Shown here piece by piece: positions 1-10,784 of a stretch of 38,574 bases of DNA. Made by a program: the position numbers and the translations under genes. Source of the stretch: an uncultured Dehalococcoidia bacterium (GTDB taxonomy: Bacteria > Chloroflexota > Dehalococcoidia > Lucifugimonadales > UBA826); NCBI GenBank assembly GCA_964414725.1, contig CAYPXS010000001.1:1-38574 (forward strand), read 5' to 3'. The notes beneath the pieces were generated by a model, which ran no database searches, was not told where the DNA came from, and saw only the letters and a list, made by a program, of their open reading frames with translations. Positions within the stretch are counted from its first letter, which is position 1. Every line of letters begins with the position of its first letter.

Positions 1-62
1 TACGAATTCTCGGACATTTTTTCTCCTCTTTTCCACCGCCCTTCGGTGTTTGAATGGAGAAA

Positions 63-92
63 ATTATAACAGGATTGTGACAAATTTAACAA
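63..92 (-). promoter_or_regulatory. Candidate sigma70-type promoter (-35 TTGTTA, 18-nt spacer, -10 TATAAT) for a leftward gene whose ATG lies at 15-17 and runs off the window
   Basis: The minus strand reads TTGTTA (92-87) and TATAAT (68-63). Further downstream on the same strand, GAGGAG (28-23) plus a 5-nt spacer plus ATG (17-15) opens a reading frame that leaves the window. Confidence 0.25.
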
Positions 93-125
93 CCGGGAAA
101 TGCTTACTGAATATTAATTTTATAA

Positions 126-998
126 CTAAAATATTGGTAAGCTGGAGCCTATTAAATTTTTAAAATTAGTTTCCATAATAGACTTCATTTGGCTTTGGGT
201 TAACGAGTTTTTCTCCAAGTCTTTAAGAACTCTATTTTGAGTGATTACAGGGTAATCACTTCCGAATAATATTTTTTCAACACCAACAAGGTTTACTACA
301 TCCGAAAAAACATTTGAGCCGTATAAAAATGGAGAGGCTGCGGAGTCATAATATACTTTTTTGAAAGCCGCTTTAACTTCAGGCATTAATTCGAAAAAAG
401 GTAATCCGGCACCCCAGTGTGCCAACACTATTTTGTTATTCGGAAAATTGGTAACGAAGGTCTCAATCATCTTGAATCCTGAAACACCTTTTCCTGGGTA
501 TTGATGTCCCACAGGCTCAGAACAATGTATCAATATAGGTAGGTCTTTGCATTCAAGTAGGTTCATGTATTCTGACATTAGTTCATTGTCTCCCAAATCG
601 AAATTTTGGAATGACGGATGCACCTCGCCAAACCCATAGGCTCCTAGCTCCACGCACCTTCGAGCTTCTTGTAATCCTAGGGTTTTTGAAGACGGATTTA
701 TACCGGTGAATGGATAGATCCGTTTGGGATATTTGAGTGAGCTTTCTATGATGTAATCATTCACATAGGAATTAAGGCCATCGTCTTTCCATCCCATTCC
801 TAAAACTGCTGAGCTTGATATTCCACATTGATCCATTGTACTGATCAATGCTTCTATAGTAGCTATTGTTGAATTTTTTGAAACGAACAGGGTTTTGAAC
901 GTTAGATCCTTACGGATATAGTGTTCTTTTCTTTTGAGGATATCGGGAGGAAGAATATGAGTGTGGCTGTCAATTATCATGAAATACCCCATTAGCAC
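126..998 (-). CDS. Metal-dependent amidohydrolase-family (TIM-barrel) hydrolase
   Basis: 290-aa ORF. It has the N-terminal IIDSHTHI motif typical of the amidohydrolase_2/PHP-like metal site, later HCSEP and HWGAG, and a C-terminal FGSDYP motif. Confidence 0.8.
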   Translation of the reverse strand: MLMGYFMIIDSHTHILPPDILKRKEHYIRKDLTFKTLFVSKNSTIATIEALISTMDQCGISSSAVLGMGWKDDGLNSYVNDYIIESSLKYPKRIYPFTGINPSSKTLGLQEARRCVELGAYGFGEVHPSFQNFDLGDNELMSEYMNLLECKDLPILIHCSEPVGHQYPGKGVSGFKMIETFVTNFPNNKIVLAHWGAGLPFFELMPEVKAAFKKVYYDSAASPFLYGSNVFSDVVNLVGVEKILFGSDYPVITQNRVLKDLEKNSLTQSQMKSIMETNFKNLIGSSLPIF

Positions 999-1135
999 TT
1001 AAAATAAAAGTCTTCTGTTATCTCGTAGCAACTGGTTATTGCTAAGGATACAATGTGCCGCAGAATAGCGAATTTTCCGGTATCGGAAACGATGTTCTTT
1101 TTTAAATATGAGAAATTTTTTATAAGGGGATATAG

Positions 1136-2176
1136 ATGAAGGCCGTTTATTTTACTGAACATGGTGGTCCTGAGGTATTGCAGTATGGGGATCTACCAGA
1201 ACCGGTTCCTAACGAAAATGAGGTGAAGATCAAGGTCCGAGCTTGTGCACTTAATCGATTGGATGTTTATACCAGGGCTGGAGTTCGTGGAACTAAGATG
1301 GATCTTCAAGAACCTCATGTACTGGGTGCGGATGTTTCTGGTGAAATCGTAGATGTCGGATCTAATGTTACGAAAGTCTCGGTAGGGGACCGAGTTGTTG
1401 TGAACCCAAGAATTACTTGCATGCAGTGTAGTCATTGCCAATCTAATCAAAGCGAATATTGCGATAAAGCAGGGATGGTTGGCTCGGCGACTAGAGGAGG
1501 ATATGCAGAATTTGCTGTAGTGCCTGCCTCCAGTGCCTTTCCGATTCCAACTTCCTTAAGCTATGTGCAAGCTGCTTCCCTGCCAACCGTATTCATGCCA
1601 AGTTGGAATATTCTTGTCCGAAGGTCAAACTTGAAGCCATGGGAAACAGCATTGGTTCCGTCGGCCTCTAGTGGGGTTGGCACCGCTGCTATACAAGTTG
1701 CGAAGAATGTTGCCAAATCAACGGTTATTACAACTACTAGCACCCCTGAAAAGGCAAATAAGGCAGCTGCATTGGGAGCAGATCATGTGATTAATTACAA
1801 ATCAGAAGATGTTTCTCAGCGATTGAAGGATATAACCGGGGGAAGGGGGGTTGATGTTGTAATAGATCACGTTGGAACGGATATATGGAACGCCGCTAAC
1901 AGGCGGCTTGCTAAAGGAGCAAGATATGGGATATGCGGAGTAACTTCTGGTTATAAAGCAGAGTTGCAGATGGGACTAATGTTTATTAACCACCTAACGA
2001 TGTTTGGGGTATTTATGGGGCGGAGTGAAGATTTGGAACAGATTATTTACCACGCGGGCCAAGGGACCATAAAAGGGGTAGTGGACTCAGAGTATTCTTT
2101 GCAGGATGCAAGAAGGGCCCACGAAGATATGGAAGGTTTAGATTTCTTCGGTAAACTTGTTTTAACCGTCGATTAG
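1136..2176 (+). CDS. Zinc-type medium-chain alcohol dehydrogenase / quinone oxidoreductase family protein
   Basis: 346-aa ORF with SD AAGGGGA upstream. It has a GroES-like N-terminus (KIKVRACALNRLD), a structural-zinc Cys cluster CMQCSHCQSNQSEYC, and a Rossmann segment SASSGVGTAAIQ. Confidence 0.85.
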   Translation: MKAVYFTEHGGPEVLQYGDLPEPVPNENEVKIKVRACALNRLDVYTRAGVRGTKMDLQEPHVLGADVSGEIVDVGSNVTKVSVGDRVVVNPRITCMQCSHCQSNQSEYCDKAGMVGSATRGGYAEFAVVPASSAFPIPTSLSYVQAASLPTVFMPSWNILVRRSNLKPWETALVPSASSGVGTAAIQVAKNVAKSTVITTTSTPEKANKAAALGADHVINYKSEDVSQRLKDITGGRGVDVVIDHVGTDIWNAANRRLAKGARYGICGVTSGYKAELQMGLMFINHLTMFGVFMGRSEDLEQIIYHAGQGTIKGVVDSEYSLQDARRAHEDMEGLDFFGKLVLTVD

Positions 2177-2184
2177 ATTTGTGG

Positions 2185-2245
2185 TTTGGCTGCCACTATT
2201 GACGGAAGTGGAGTTCGCCATTTTCTAAAAACAATGGCAGCCAAA
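2185..2245. terminator. Long-range inverted repeat between convergent genes, a possible bidirectional terminator
   Basis: TTTGGCTGCCA (2185-2195) is perfectly complementary to TGGCAGCCAAA (2235-2245). That gives an 11-bp stem with a 39-nt loop. It lies wholly in the 80-nt gap between the two convergent stop codons. There is no clear U-tract. Confidence 0.3.
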
Positions 2246-2256
2246 ATATGTGACTT

Positions 2257-3270
2257 TTAGTCTCTCGTGGCTAGGGAGCGAATTTCAATACCAGATCGGA
2301 CTTCAGGATTAACTAGCGACATAGGCCAAGATCCCTTCAACAGTCGGGCAGCCTCCTGGCCAACCTGTACTTGGGCGGCCACTATCGCTCTGTTTGATGT
2401 CCCCGCTGAGTGGGGTGTTACCATGACATTGTCCATATGGAATAGTGGGTTATCTGTGGTAGGTTCAATGTCAAAAACATCTAGACCAGCTCCAGCAAAT
2501 TCGTTATTTTTTAGTGCCTTTATTAAGGCTTCTTCGTCAACAGTGCTTCCTCTACAAGTATTAATGAAATAAGCAGTTGGTTTCATCGCAGAGAAGAAAT
2601 CAGCACCTACTAAATTCCTAGTTTGATTGTTCAGTGGGGTGTGCATGGAAACAAAATCAGATCTTGATGCAAGTTCCTTAAGAGAGCCGACTAATTCGAC
2701 ACGGTATTCTCTCGCTATCCAAGGTTGGACGTAGGGGTCGTACGCAATAACGTCCATGCCTAAGGCCTGTGCTTTTCTAGCGACGGCTCTTCCTATGTTG
2801 CCTAGTGATACAAGGCCAAGAGTTTGGTCTGTGACGGGCACCATATTAGAAATAACGGGAGCAGTTTCAACACCCCATTTACCTTCTTTTGTTAGATCAT
2901 TGAGTATGGTTAGTTTTTTTGCACAAGATAGTATGAACATTATCGCGTGGTTTGAAACCTCTTCTGTGCAAAAACCTGCCGTATTTACTACCATAACGGA
3001 ATTTTCAGTAGCTGACTCATGATCTATGTGATTGAACCCATGTCCAAAACTGACTATCGCCTGTGCTGAATCTATTTCATCTATCACCGTGTTAGGCATT
3101 GGCACGCCTTGGTTAATGATTACATCGGCCCCTTTTACAGCTTCTATTGTTTCACCTTCACTTTGACACACGTACGTGTCAAAATCACAATCGATTCCTT
3201 CTAGCTGTTGTTCTACCAGACCAGTCTCAGGTGTGCTCCTGGATATCATAGCGACCTTTAGTTTACTCAT
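2257..3270 (-). CDS. D-isomer-specific 2-hydroxyacid dehydrogenase family protein (glyoxylate/hydroxypyruvate reductase or PGDH-like)
   Basis: 337-aa ORF with SD AGGAGGA upstream. It has the NAD-binding motif GLVSLGNIGRAVARKA..D and the catalytic-region motifs INTCRG...DE and TPHSAG. Confidence 0.85.
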   Translation of the reverse strand: MSKLKVAMISRSTPETGLVEQQLEGIDCDFDTYVCQSEGETIEAVKGADVIINQGVPMPNTVIDEIDSAQAIVSFGHGFNHIDHESATENSVMVVNTAGFCTEEVSNHAIMFILSCAKKLTILNDLTKEGKWGVETAPVISNMVPVTDQTLGLVSLGNIGRAVARKAQALGMDVIAYDPYVQPWIAREYRVELVGSLKELASRSDFVSMHTPLNNQTRNLVGADFFSAMKPTAYFINTCRGSTVDEEALIKALKNNEFAGAGLDVFDIEPTTDNPLFHMDNVMVTPHSAGTSNRAIVAAQVQVGQEAARLLKGSWPMSLVNPEVRSGIEIRSLATRD

Positions 3271-3331
3271 AGGATCCTCCTAGTTTTTAGTAATTCGTCT
3301 CATCCGATTTTGTTTGACTGTTATAAAGGAC

Positions 3332-4789
3332 CTAATAGGTACTTGCGGATCTAGGCAAAGTGGATGATCCCATCAAATATTGGTCTACTCCACGTGCAGC
3401 CTCTCTTCCCTCTGCCAGAGCCCAGACCACTAGTGATTGGCCTCTGGACATATCTCCTGCGGCAAAAACACCGGGAACGCTCGTCATTTTGTTTTCGTCG
3501 GTTTCTACATTCCCGCGGCCGTCTAATTCGATTCCAGCGTCAGTTAGCATTCCTTCATGTTCCGGATGTAGAAATCCCATAGCTAAAAGCACGAGATCAG
3601 CTTCCAGCTCAAATTCACTTCCTTCAATTTCGATCATTTTTGGGCGACCGCTTTCATCTGGTTCTCCCCATTCCAATCTGACTCCGTGTAATTTTTCCAA
3701 TTTCCCATTTTTACCGGAAAATTTCTTCGTGAGAATGTTGTAGTCTCTGACCCCTCCTTCTTCGTGAGATGAAGAAGTTCTTAAAGTCATAGGCCAATCG
3801 GGCCACATGTCACCGTCTTGTCTGTCCGTGGGAGGTTGTGGTAACAATTCGAGTTGGTGGATTATTTCGGCTCCTTGGCGATGGGCGGTTCCAAGGCAAT
3901 CTGAACCTGTATCTCCTCCACCAAGAACCACCACTCTTTTCCCTTCGGCGGATATCCTTTCTGACGGGTCGACAGTGTCACCACTGTTGATTTTATTTTG
4001 CTGAGTTAGAAAATCCATCGCGAAATGAACACCACTTAGCTCTCTTCCATCCACCGGTAGATTCCTCGGAATAGTGGACCCTCCAGTGAGTAGGACCGCA
4101 TCATTCTCGTCAATCAAACTTTTTATTGAGATATCTTTTCCAATGTAGGAATTAGTGATGAATGTGATTCCTTCACGTACCATTTGGTCTACCCGTCTTT
4201 GTACAATTTTCTTTTCTAATTTGAAGTCTGGGATTCCTAATCGTAAAAGACCGCCGATCCTATCATTTTTTTCATATACCGTAACTTTGTGGCCGGCTCT
4301 GTTTAGTTGTTGCGCCGAAGCTAATCCAGCTGGGCCGGATCCGACCACCACTACTTTCTTGCCTGTACGGGTTTCAGGTGGAGAGGAACTTATCCAGCCT
4401 TCTCGCCATCCTCTATCTACGATTTCTTTTTCTATATATTCGATGGTCACGGGGTCTTCGTTTATGTTAAGTACACATGATGCTTCGCAAGGGGCAGGGC
4501 ATATTCTTCCAGTAAACTCGGGGAAGTTGTTGGTAGAATGCAGTTCTTTTAAGGCTTCTTCCCATTTGCCTTTATAAACGAGGTCGTTAAAATCCGGGAT
4601 GATGTTTCCAAGAGGGCACCCGCCCATGCAAAACGGTACCGCACAGTTCATACATCTGCTTCCCTGATCTTGAGCATCTTTTTCGTCCCATTCTTTATAA
4701 AATTCCTCATAGTTGCCTAATCTAAGAGATATAGGGAACCTATCTGGAGTTGATCTTTTGAATTCTTTGAAACCTGTTGGTTTGCCCAT
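3332..4789 (-). CDS. gltD: Glutamate synthase (NADPH) small subunit
   Basis: 485 aa. It has the Fe-S Cys cluster CMNCAVPFCMGGCPLGN, a second cluster CPAPCEASC, and two dinucleotide folds (VVVVGSGPAGLASA and VVVLGGGDTGSDC). It lies 26 nt downstream of gltB. Confidence 0.93.
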   Translation of the reverse strand: MGKPTGFKEFKRSTPDRFPISLRLGNYEEFYKEWDEKDAQDQGSRCMNCAVPFCMGGCPLGNIIPDFNDLVYKGKWEEALKELHSTNNFPEFTGRICPAPCEASCVLNINEDPVTIEYIEKEIVDRGWREGWISSSPPETRTGKKVVVVGSGPAGLASAQQLNRAGHKVTVYEKNDRIGGLLRLGIPDFKLEKKIVQRRVDQMVREGITFITNSYIGKDISIKSLIDENDAVLLTGGSTIPRNLPVDGRELSGVHFAMDFLTQQNKINSGDTVDPSERISAEGKRVVVLGGGDTGSDCLGTAHRQGAEIIHQLELLPQPPTDRQDGDMWPDWPMTLRTSSSHEEGGVRDYNILTKKFSGKNGKLEKLHGVRLEWGEPDESGRPKMIEIEGSEFELEADLVLLAMGFLHPEHEGMLTDAGIELDGRGNVETDENKMTSVPGVFAAGDMSRGQSLVVWALAEGREAARGVDQYLMGSSTLPRSASTY

Positions 4790-4815
4790 TAACTAATATT
4801 GCCCTGTTTTCTGAT

Positions 4816-7800
4816 TTATTTTTTTTCTGCGAGAACGCGTTTGTAGTCTCGTGGCATCACTTTCACGAATTTGTTCAAACTGTCATTCCAGTTTTCTAAT
4901 ATACGAGCAGCATTTTGGCTGCCGGTTTGGTTTTTATGTGTTTCTATAAGCCTTTTTAAATTGGCTATGTCGTCAACCGTTGTTACCGGGTCTAAATCTA
5001 CTAATCCTTTATTGCAAAGAGATTCAAAATTTCCTGACTCATCGAGAACGTACGCTTCTCCTCCGCTCATACCAGCTGCAAAATTTCTTCCGGTTGGGCC
5101 CAATATCACTACCTTACCTCTTGTCATATACTCGCAGCCGTGGTCTCCGACTCCTTCTACAACCGTTTCCGCACCACTATTTCGGACAGCAAATCTTTCA
5201 CCAGCTATACCTCTTATAAAAACCTGCCCTCCAGTTGCGCCATACAACGCTACATTGCCAATAATTATATTTTCTTCTGGAATGAATCTTGATTCACTTG
5301 GAGGTTCTATAGTTACGTGACCTCCAGAAAGCCCTTTGCAAAAATAGTCGTTTGCGTCTCCTTTTAAATGTATGGATATACCTTTGCTCAGAAAAGCAGC
5401 AAAACTCTGTCCTCCTGAGCCCTCAAAATCTAACTTTATCGTTTCATTTGGTAGGCCATCCTCACCATATGCTTTCGCGATTTTGTGACTCAAAGTGGTT
5501 CCTACAGTCCTATGGGAATTGTTTATGGTCTTGGTTATCGACACTTTGGACGCATTTTTTAAAGCTTCATCGGCTTCTTTAATTAGAGTGTTGTCCAATG
5601 CCTTTTCAAGTCCATGGTCTTGAGTCGTGACACAGTGCCTAGCTACGCCTTCTGGAACTACAGGCATGTGAAGGAGGTGAGACAACTCTAACCCTTCAGT
5701 TTTCCAATGATCAATCGCGGCTCTGGAATCCAATAGATCGACCCGTCCAATCATTTCGTTGACAGTTTTTAGGCCTAAATCCGCCATTATTTTTCTTAAG
5801 TGTTCAGCAATGAAGAAAAAATAGTTGATGACATGTTCAGGTTGACCTGCAAATTTCTTGCGAAGATCTGGATCCTGAGTGGCAATCCCAACTGAACAGG
5901 TATTCAGATGGCATTTTCTTAGCATTATGCATCCCATAGATATCAAAGGTCCTGTGGCAAGACCAAATTCTTCGGCACCTAATAGACAAGCTATCGCCAC
6001 ATCTCGTCCTGTCTTTATTTGACCGTCTGTTTGGACAACTATTCTGCCTCTCAGATCGTTCATTACCAAGACCTGTTGAGTTTCTGCTACTCCCAACTCC
6101 CACGGTAATCCAGCATGTTTAATTGAGGATTCTGGAGATGCCCCTGTACCCCCACTGTGTCCACTTATCAGAACCACATCACCATGGCCTTTTGAGACTC
6201 CTGCCGCAATCGTTCCAACTCCGGATTCAGCAACAAGTTTGACGTGGATACGAGCTTCAGGGTTGGAACTTTTAAGATCATGAATTAGTTGGGCAAGGTC
6301 TTCTATTGAGTAGATATCATGGTGTGGGGGAGGTGATATGAGCTCCACGCCTGGAGTGGAATTTCTTACTCCGCCGATATAATCGTCAACTTTGTGTCCA
6401 GGTAACTGGCCACCTTCGCCTGGCTTTGCGCCTTGGGCCATCTTAATTTGTAGATCTTTTGCGTTTGACAGATAATTTATCGTTACGCCGAATCGGCCTG
6501 ATGCCACTTGTTTTACGGCACTATTTCGAGAGTCTCCATTAGCGTCAGGTATGTAACGGGTGGAGTCTTCTCCACCTTCACCTGTATTGCTTCTTGCTTG
6601 AATTCGGTTCATTGCGATAGCCATAGTTTCATGGGCCTCTCGACTTATAGAACCTAATGAAATTGCGCCGGTAGCAAACCGCTTCACTATTTCTGAAGCG
6701 GGTTCTACTTCATCAATAGAAATAGAGTTTTGTGTGAATTTGAAATCTAACAGACCTCTGATGGTACTTAACTTTTTGCTCTCATCATCTACATTTTTAG
6801 CAAATTCTTCATACGAATTCCAGCTATTGGTTTTGACGGCGTGTTGTAGGGAGGATATTGTGGTTGGATTCCACATGTGAAATTCACCATCTCGTCTCCA
6901 TTGGTACTGTCCGCCTGGATCTATCTCCAAAGCGGCTTCAAGGTTCCTTTCTGATTTGGCGTTTCCAAAACCAGCAGTGTGTCGGGTTACAGCTTCGGTT
7001 TGAAGTTCTTTGAGTCCTATTCCGCCAACTCGTGACGGAGTCCCTGTGAAGTATTCTTCAACCGTCTTTTGGTTTAAACCAACTGCCTCAAATATTTGTG
7101 CTCCTCTATAACTTTGAATGGTGGAAATACCCATTTTGGACATTATTTTCAAAACACCTTTTTGGGATGCCACAAGGAAATTCTCGATTGCTTCTTTAGG
7201 GTTTATATCAATCAGATATTCTTCGTTATTTATCTGGTCAGCTATAGTTTCGAATGCAAGATACGGGTTAATTGCTCCTGCCCCAAACCCAATAAGTAAT
7301 CCGAAATGTGTTACTTCCCGTGCTTCTCCCGTTTCCACCACAATACCAACCTTGCTGCGTACCCCTTCTTTTATTAAATGATGGTGAACACCTGATGTTG
7401 CCAATAGACTTGGTATTGGGGCTTTTTCTTCGTTAATTCCTCTGTCAGATAAAATGATGATATTTGCACCGTTTTGAATTGCTTCTGAGGATTTCGTTTG
7501 GATTTCATTCAGCGCTGTTTTAAGGCCATTTGCATCACGTGGGTCAAAAACGATGTCTATGGTCACAGAACGTAGTCCGTCCAAGGTGCAAGCTCGTATT
7601 TTTGAAAGTTCTTCGTTGTCAATGACGGGTCTTTTTAGGGTTATTTGATGGCAATGTTCGGGAGTTTCCGCAAATAGATTCCTTTCTTCACCTATGGTTG
7701 CTCTAAGGGAAGTTACCAATTCTTCTCTGATCGCATCTAATGGAGGGTTACTAACTTGGGCAAAAAGTTGTTTGAAATAATTAAATAAAATGGGGCTTTT

Positions 7801-9354
7801 GTCCGAAAGAAATGCCAGTGGCACATCATTGCCCATGGAGCCCGTAGGCTCATAGGCATTAGTAGCCATTGGTTCCATAATGATGCGAAAATCTTCCAAG
7901 GTGTATCCGAAAGTGTTTTGTCTTTTTTTAAGATCTTCCTGGCCATATGACGTCAAATCAGGACCAGTCGGCAAATCTTCCAAAAACACTCGATTTTTTT
8001 CTAACCATTCTCCATAAGGCTTTTGTCCGGATAGGTTCTTTTTTAGCTCTGAATCATTAATTATTTCCCCTTTTTCTGTGTCCAGCAGGAACATGCGTCC
8101 AGGGTATATTCTTTCTTTGAACAGCACTTTTTCCGCAGGTATGTCGATTATGCCTGTCTCGGATCCCATCACTAACAGATCATCACTTGTGACCAGATAT
8201 CTGCAAGGTCTTAACCCATTTCTGTCTAGAACGGCGCATACCTTTTTCCCGTCCGTACCAATTACAAGTGCAGGGCCGTCCCAGGGTTCCATCATACTGG
8301 CGTGATATTCATAGAAATCCTTTTTGGTTTGATCCATGGGAATGTGATCGCCCCACGCTTCCGGTATTAGCATCATCATCGCGTGCTCTATTGATCTGCC
8401 AGTTGACAGCAATAGTTCCAGAGCGTTATCGAGGGATGCTGTATCACTCTGATCTGGCCGTATGACAGGTGTGATTTTTTCTATGCTATCCCCTATGGCA
8501 TCGGATTCGAAAACCTTTTCCCTGGAGGACATCCAGTTGACGTTTCCTCTGTGGGTATTAATTTCACCATTGTGTATGACAAACCTGTATGGGTGTGCGA
8601 GTTTCCAAGTTCCCAGGGTATTAGTACTAAATCTTGAGTGCACCAATGAAAAGGAAGTCTTGAAGTTGGGATCAACTAAATCTGGATAAAAACCTTCCAG
8701 CTGATGGGTCATCACGAGACCTTTGTAAACTATTTTATTACAGGACAATGAGCAGATATAAAAATCTTCCTCATGGTCCGGAGAGATCGCTTCAGCTACT
8801 GCTTTTTCAATAGAACGTCTTAGGACAAATAATTTTGTTTCGAAGGCCTGTTCGTCGATTTCATTTTCCGACTTCACAAAGAACTGTTCAATTGTAGGTC
8901 TGGATTGATTAGCTAAAACTCCGATTTTGGTGGGGTCTACCGGAACTGTTCGCCAATGCAACAAATCCATATTTTCCTGGGAGATGCACTTTTCTATTAT
9001 TTGCTTACATTTATTTGAAACTTCGATATCCATGGGTAGGAAGGTCATTCCTACTCCATATTTTCCTAACTTTGGTAAATTGGCATTCCATGTGTTTGGT
9101 AGTGATCTAAAGAAGTCATCTGGCATTTGGATCAGTATTCCAGCCCCGTCTCCTGTTTCAGGGTCGGCTCCTGCAGCTCCCCTGTGCTCTAAATTGGTTA
9201 ATGCTTCGAGACCTTGCTTTACGATTTGGTGTGATTTCATGCCTTTTATATTGGCCACCATCGCCACACCACAGGCATCATGTTCGAAAGCAGGATCATA
9301 AAGACCTTGTTTAGTAGGTCGCGGCAAATCAGGGTGTTGGTACGGTCTTTTCAT
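4816..9354 (-). CDS. gltB: Glutamate synthase large subunit (Ntn amidotransferase, FMN and GXGXG domains)
   Basis: 1512 aa. It has a propeptide followed by CGVAMVA (the Ntn Cys), the FMN-domain motif ISGHSGGTGASP, 3Fe-4S Cys residues (CIMLRKCHLNTC), and a C-terminal beta-helix motif GVGDHGCEYMTRG. Confidence 0.97.
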   Translation of the reverse strand: MKRPYQHPDLPRPTKQGLYDPAFEHDACGVAMVANIKGMKSHQIVKQGLEALTNLEHRGAAGADPETGDGAGILIQMPDDFFRSLPNTWNANLPKLGKYGVGMTFLPMDIEVSNKCKQIIEKCISQENMDLLHWRTVPVDPTKIGVLANQSRPTIEQFFVKSENEIDEQAFETKLFVLRRSIEKAVAEAISPDHEEDFYICSLSCNKIVYKGLVMTHQLEGFYPDLVDPNFKTSFSLVHSRFSTNTLGTWKLAHPYRFVIHNGEINTHRGNVNWMSSREKVFESDAIGDSIEKITPVIRPDQSDTASLDNALELLLSTGRSIEHAMMMLIPEAWGDHIPMDQTKKDFYEYHASMMEPWDGPALVIGTDGKKVCAVLDRNGLRPCRYLVTSDDLLVMGSETGIIDIPAEKVLFKERIYPGRMFLLDTEKGEIINDSELKKNLSGQKPYGEWLEKNRVFLEDLPTGPDLTSYGQEDLKKRQNTFGYTLEDFRIIMEPMATNAYEPTGSMGNDVPLAFLSDKSPILFNYFKQLFAQVSNPPLDAIREELVTSLRATIGEERNLFAETPEHCHQITLKRPVIDNEELSKIRACTLDGLRSVTIDIVFDPRDANGLKTALNEIQTKSSEAIQNGANIIILSDRGINEEKAPIPSLLATSGVHHHLIKEGVRSKVGIVVETGEAREVTHFGLLIGFGAGAINPYLAFETIADQINNEEYLIDINPKEAIENFLVASQKGVLKIMSKMGISTIQSYRGAQIFEAVGLNQKTVEEYFTGTPSRVGGIGLKELQTEAVTRHTAGFGNAKSERNLEAALEIDPGGQYQWRRDGEFHMWNPTTISSLQHAVKTNSWNSYEEFAKNVDDESKKLSTIRGLLDFKFTQNSISIDEVEPASEIVKRFATGAISLGSISREAHETMAIAMNRIQARSNTGEGGEDSTRYIPDANGDSRNSAVKQVASGRFGVTINYLSNAKDLQIKMAQGAKPGEGGQLPGHKVDDYIGGVRNSTPGVELISPPPHHDIYSIEDLAQLIHDLKSSNPEARIHVKLVAESGVGTIAAGVSKGHGDVVLISGHSGGTGASPESSIKHAGLPWELGVAETQQVLVMNDLRGRIVVQTDGQIKTGRDVAIACLLGAEEFGLATGPLISMGCIMLRKCHLNTCSVGIATQDPDLRKKFAGQPEHVINYFFFIAEHLRKIMADLGLKTVNEMIGRVDLLDSRAAIDHWKTEGLELSHLLHMPVVPEGVARHCVTTQDHGLEKALDNTLIKEADEALKNASKVSITKTINNSHRTVGTTLSHKIAKAYGEDGLPNETIKLDFEGSGGQSFAAFLSKGISIHLKGDANDYFCKGLSGGHVTIEPPSESRFIPEENIIIGNVALYGATGGQVFIRGIAGERFAVRNSGAETVVEGVGDHGCEYMTRGKVVILGPTGRNFAAGMSGGEAYVLDESGNFESLCNKGLVDLDPVTTVDDIANLKRLIETHKNQTGSQNAARILENWNDSLNKFVKVMPRDYKRVLAEKK

Positions 9355-9376
9355 TTGGATTATATTTCAAACTCCG

Positions 9377-10714
9377 TTATAGGGTGGGTAAATACCTGTC
9401 TAATTCATACTGGGAGATTTGGCCACTGTATCTATCCCATTCAATTTTTTTATTTTCTATGAAACTGTTAAAAACGTCCTGGCCAAGAGCTTTTTTAACC
9501 AAGTCACTTTGTTCTGTGACCTGAATTGCTTCCCAAAGGTTTCCTGGTAATGATTCTATTCCTAACTTTTCAAGCTCAAAACTTGTCATATCGTGAGCGC
9601 TTTTTTCTAAAGATTGAGGTAATTCGTATTGCTTTTCTATTCCTTCCAGTCCTGCAGACAACATCACGCTGAATGCGAGATATGGATTGCAAGCAGGATC
9701 CGGTGCCCGGTATTCTATCCTCCGAGAGGACTCTCTCCCTGGTTTATATGATGGGATTCTGATTAAGTCTGATCTGTTGACTTCGGCCCAGGTCACATAA
9801 GTGGGGGCTTCATAACTGGGAACAAGACGTTTATACGAATTCACCCATTGGTTGGTTACTAATGTTATTTCTCTTGCATGCCTTAAGAGACCAGCGCAGA
9901 ATTGACGGCCGGTATCGGAGAGGCGATGTAGGTCATGTTCTCCATAAAAAATGTTTTCGTCCCCTTTGGACAAAGACATTTGCGTGTGCATCCCATTTCC
10001 GTTAATGCCTGAGGCAGGTTTCGGCATGAAAGAGGCGAAGTATCCATGACTTGAGGCGATCTCTTTAACAACTAATTTGTAAGTCATGACAGTATCGGCC
10101 ATCGTTAAGGCATCGGTATGCCTTAAGTCTATTTCGTGTTGACTTGGTGCTGCTTCATGGTGGCTTGATTCAACAGGTATACCTAATTCTTCAAGAGTGA
10201 GAACGGTTTCTCTTCTAAGGTCGGTTCCTGGATTGGGAGTTATTTGGTCAAAATATTCACTTGAGTCTAGGAAATCCGTACTTTTTTCGTCTTTGAAATA
10301 AAAATATTCAATTTCAGGGGCTACGTAGTAGGTGTAACCTTTGTCTGAAGCCCTTTTCAGATTTCTTCTTAGAACATTTCGTGGGTCCCCTTCGAATGGT
10401 TTTTCATCAGGTGTCACAATGTCACAGAACATTCTCGCAACGGCGTTAGTTTTTGGCCGCCAGGGCAATATGTTGAAAGTTGTAGGGTCGGGGAGAGCAT
10501 ACAGATCTCTTTCATCTTCTCTTGCATAGCCCTCAATCGCGGATCCGTCAAACCCCATGCCCCTTGTCAGGGCATTTTCTAGTTCTTCAACGGTAATAGC
10601 GAAGCCTTTGATTTTGCCTAAAATATCGGTGAACCATAGACGGATAAATTTTACGTCATTTTCCCGTGCTTCTCTGAGAGCGTATTCAACTGCTTCACTG
10701 TTTCTTTCCAGCAT
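9377..10714 (-). CDS. glnA: Glutamine synthetase type I
   Basis: 445 aa. It has the motifs FDGSAIEGY, INGNGMHTQMSL and RRIEYRAPDPACNPY. It lies 22 nt upstream of gltB on the same strand. Confidence 0.96.
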   Translation of the reverse strand: MLERNSEAVEYALREARENDVKFIRLWFTDILGKIKGFAITVEELENALTRGMGFDGSAIEGYAREDERDLYALPDPTTFNILPWRPKTNAVARMFCDIVTPDEKPFEGDPRNVLRRNLKRASDKGYTYYVAPEIEYFYFKDEKSTDFLDSSEYFDQITPNPGTDLRRETVLTLEELGIPVESSHHEAAPSQHEIDLRHTDALTMADTVMTYKLVVKEIASSHGYFASFMPKPASGINGNGMHTQMSLSKGDENIFYGEHDLHRLSDTGRQFCAGLLRHAREITLVTNQWVNSYKRLVPSYEAPTYVTWAEVNRSDLIRIPSYKPGRESSRRIEYRAPDPACNPYLAFSVMLSAGLEGIEKQYELPQSLEKSAHDMTSFELEKLGIESLPGNLWEAIQVTEQSDLVKKALGQDVFNSFIENKKIEWDRYSGQISQYELDRYLPTL

Positions 10715-10784
10715 ACAGAAATCCTTTTGAGAGGGTTCTGGTGTGTTGTTTTTGCTTCGGTTATAGACAAAATATAGGCATTAA

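Noticed and set aside
1-17. Start of a leftward CDS (ATG at 15-17 with GAGGAG 5 nt upstream)
   Set aside because: Only five codons are visible, so no product can be assigned. It is mentioned only as context for the candidate promoter at 63-92.
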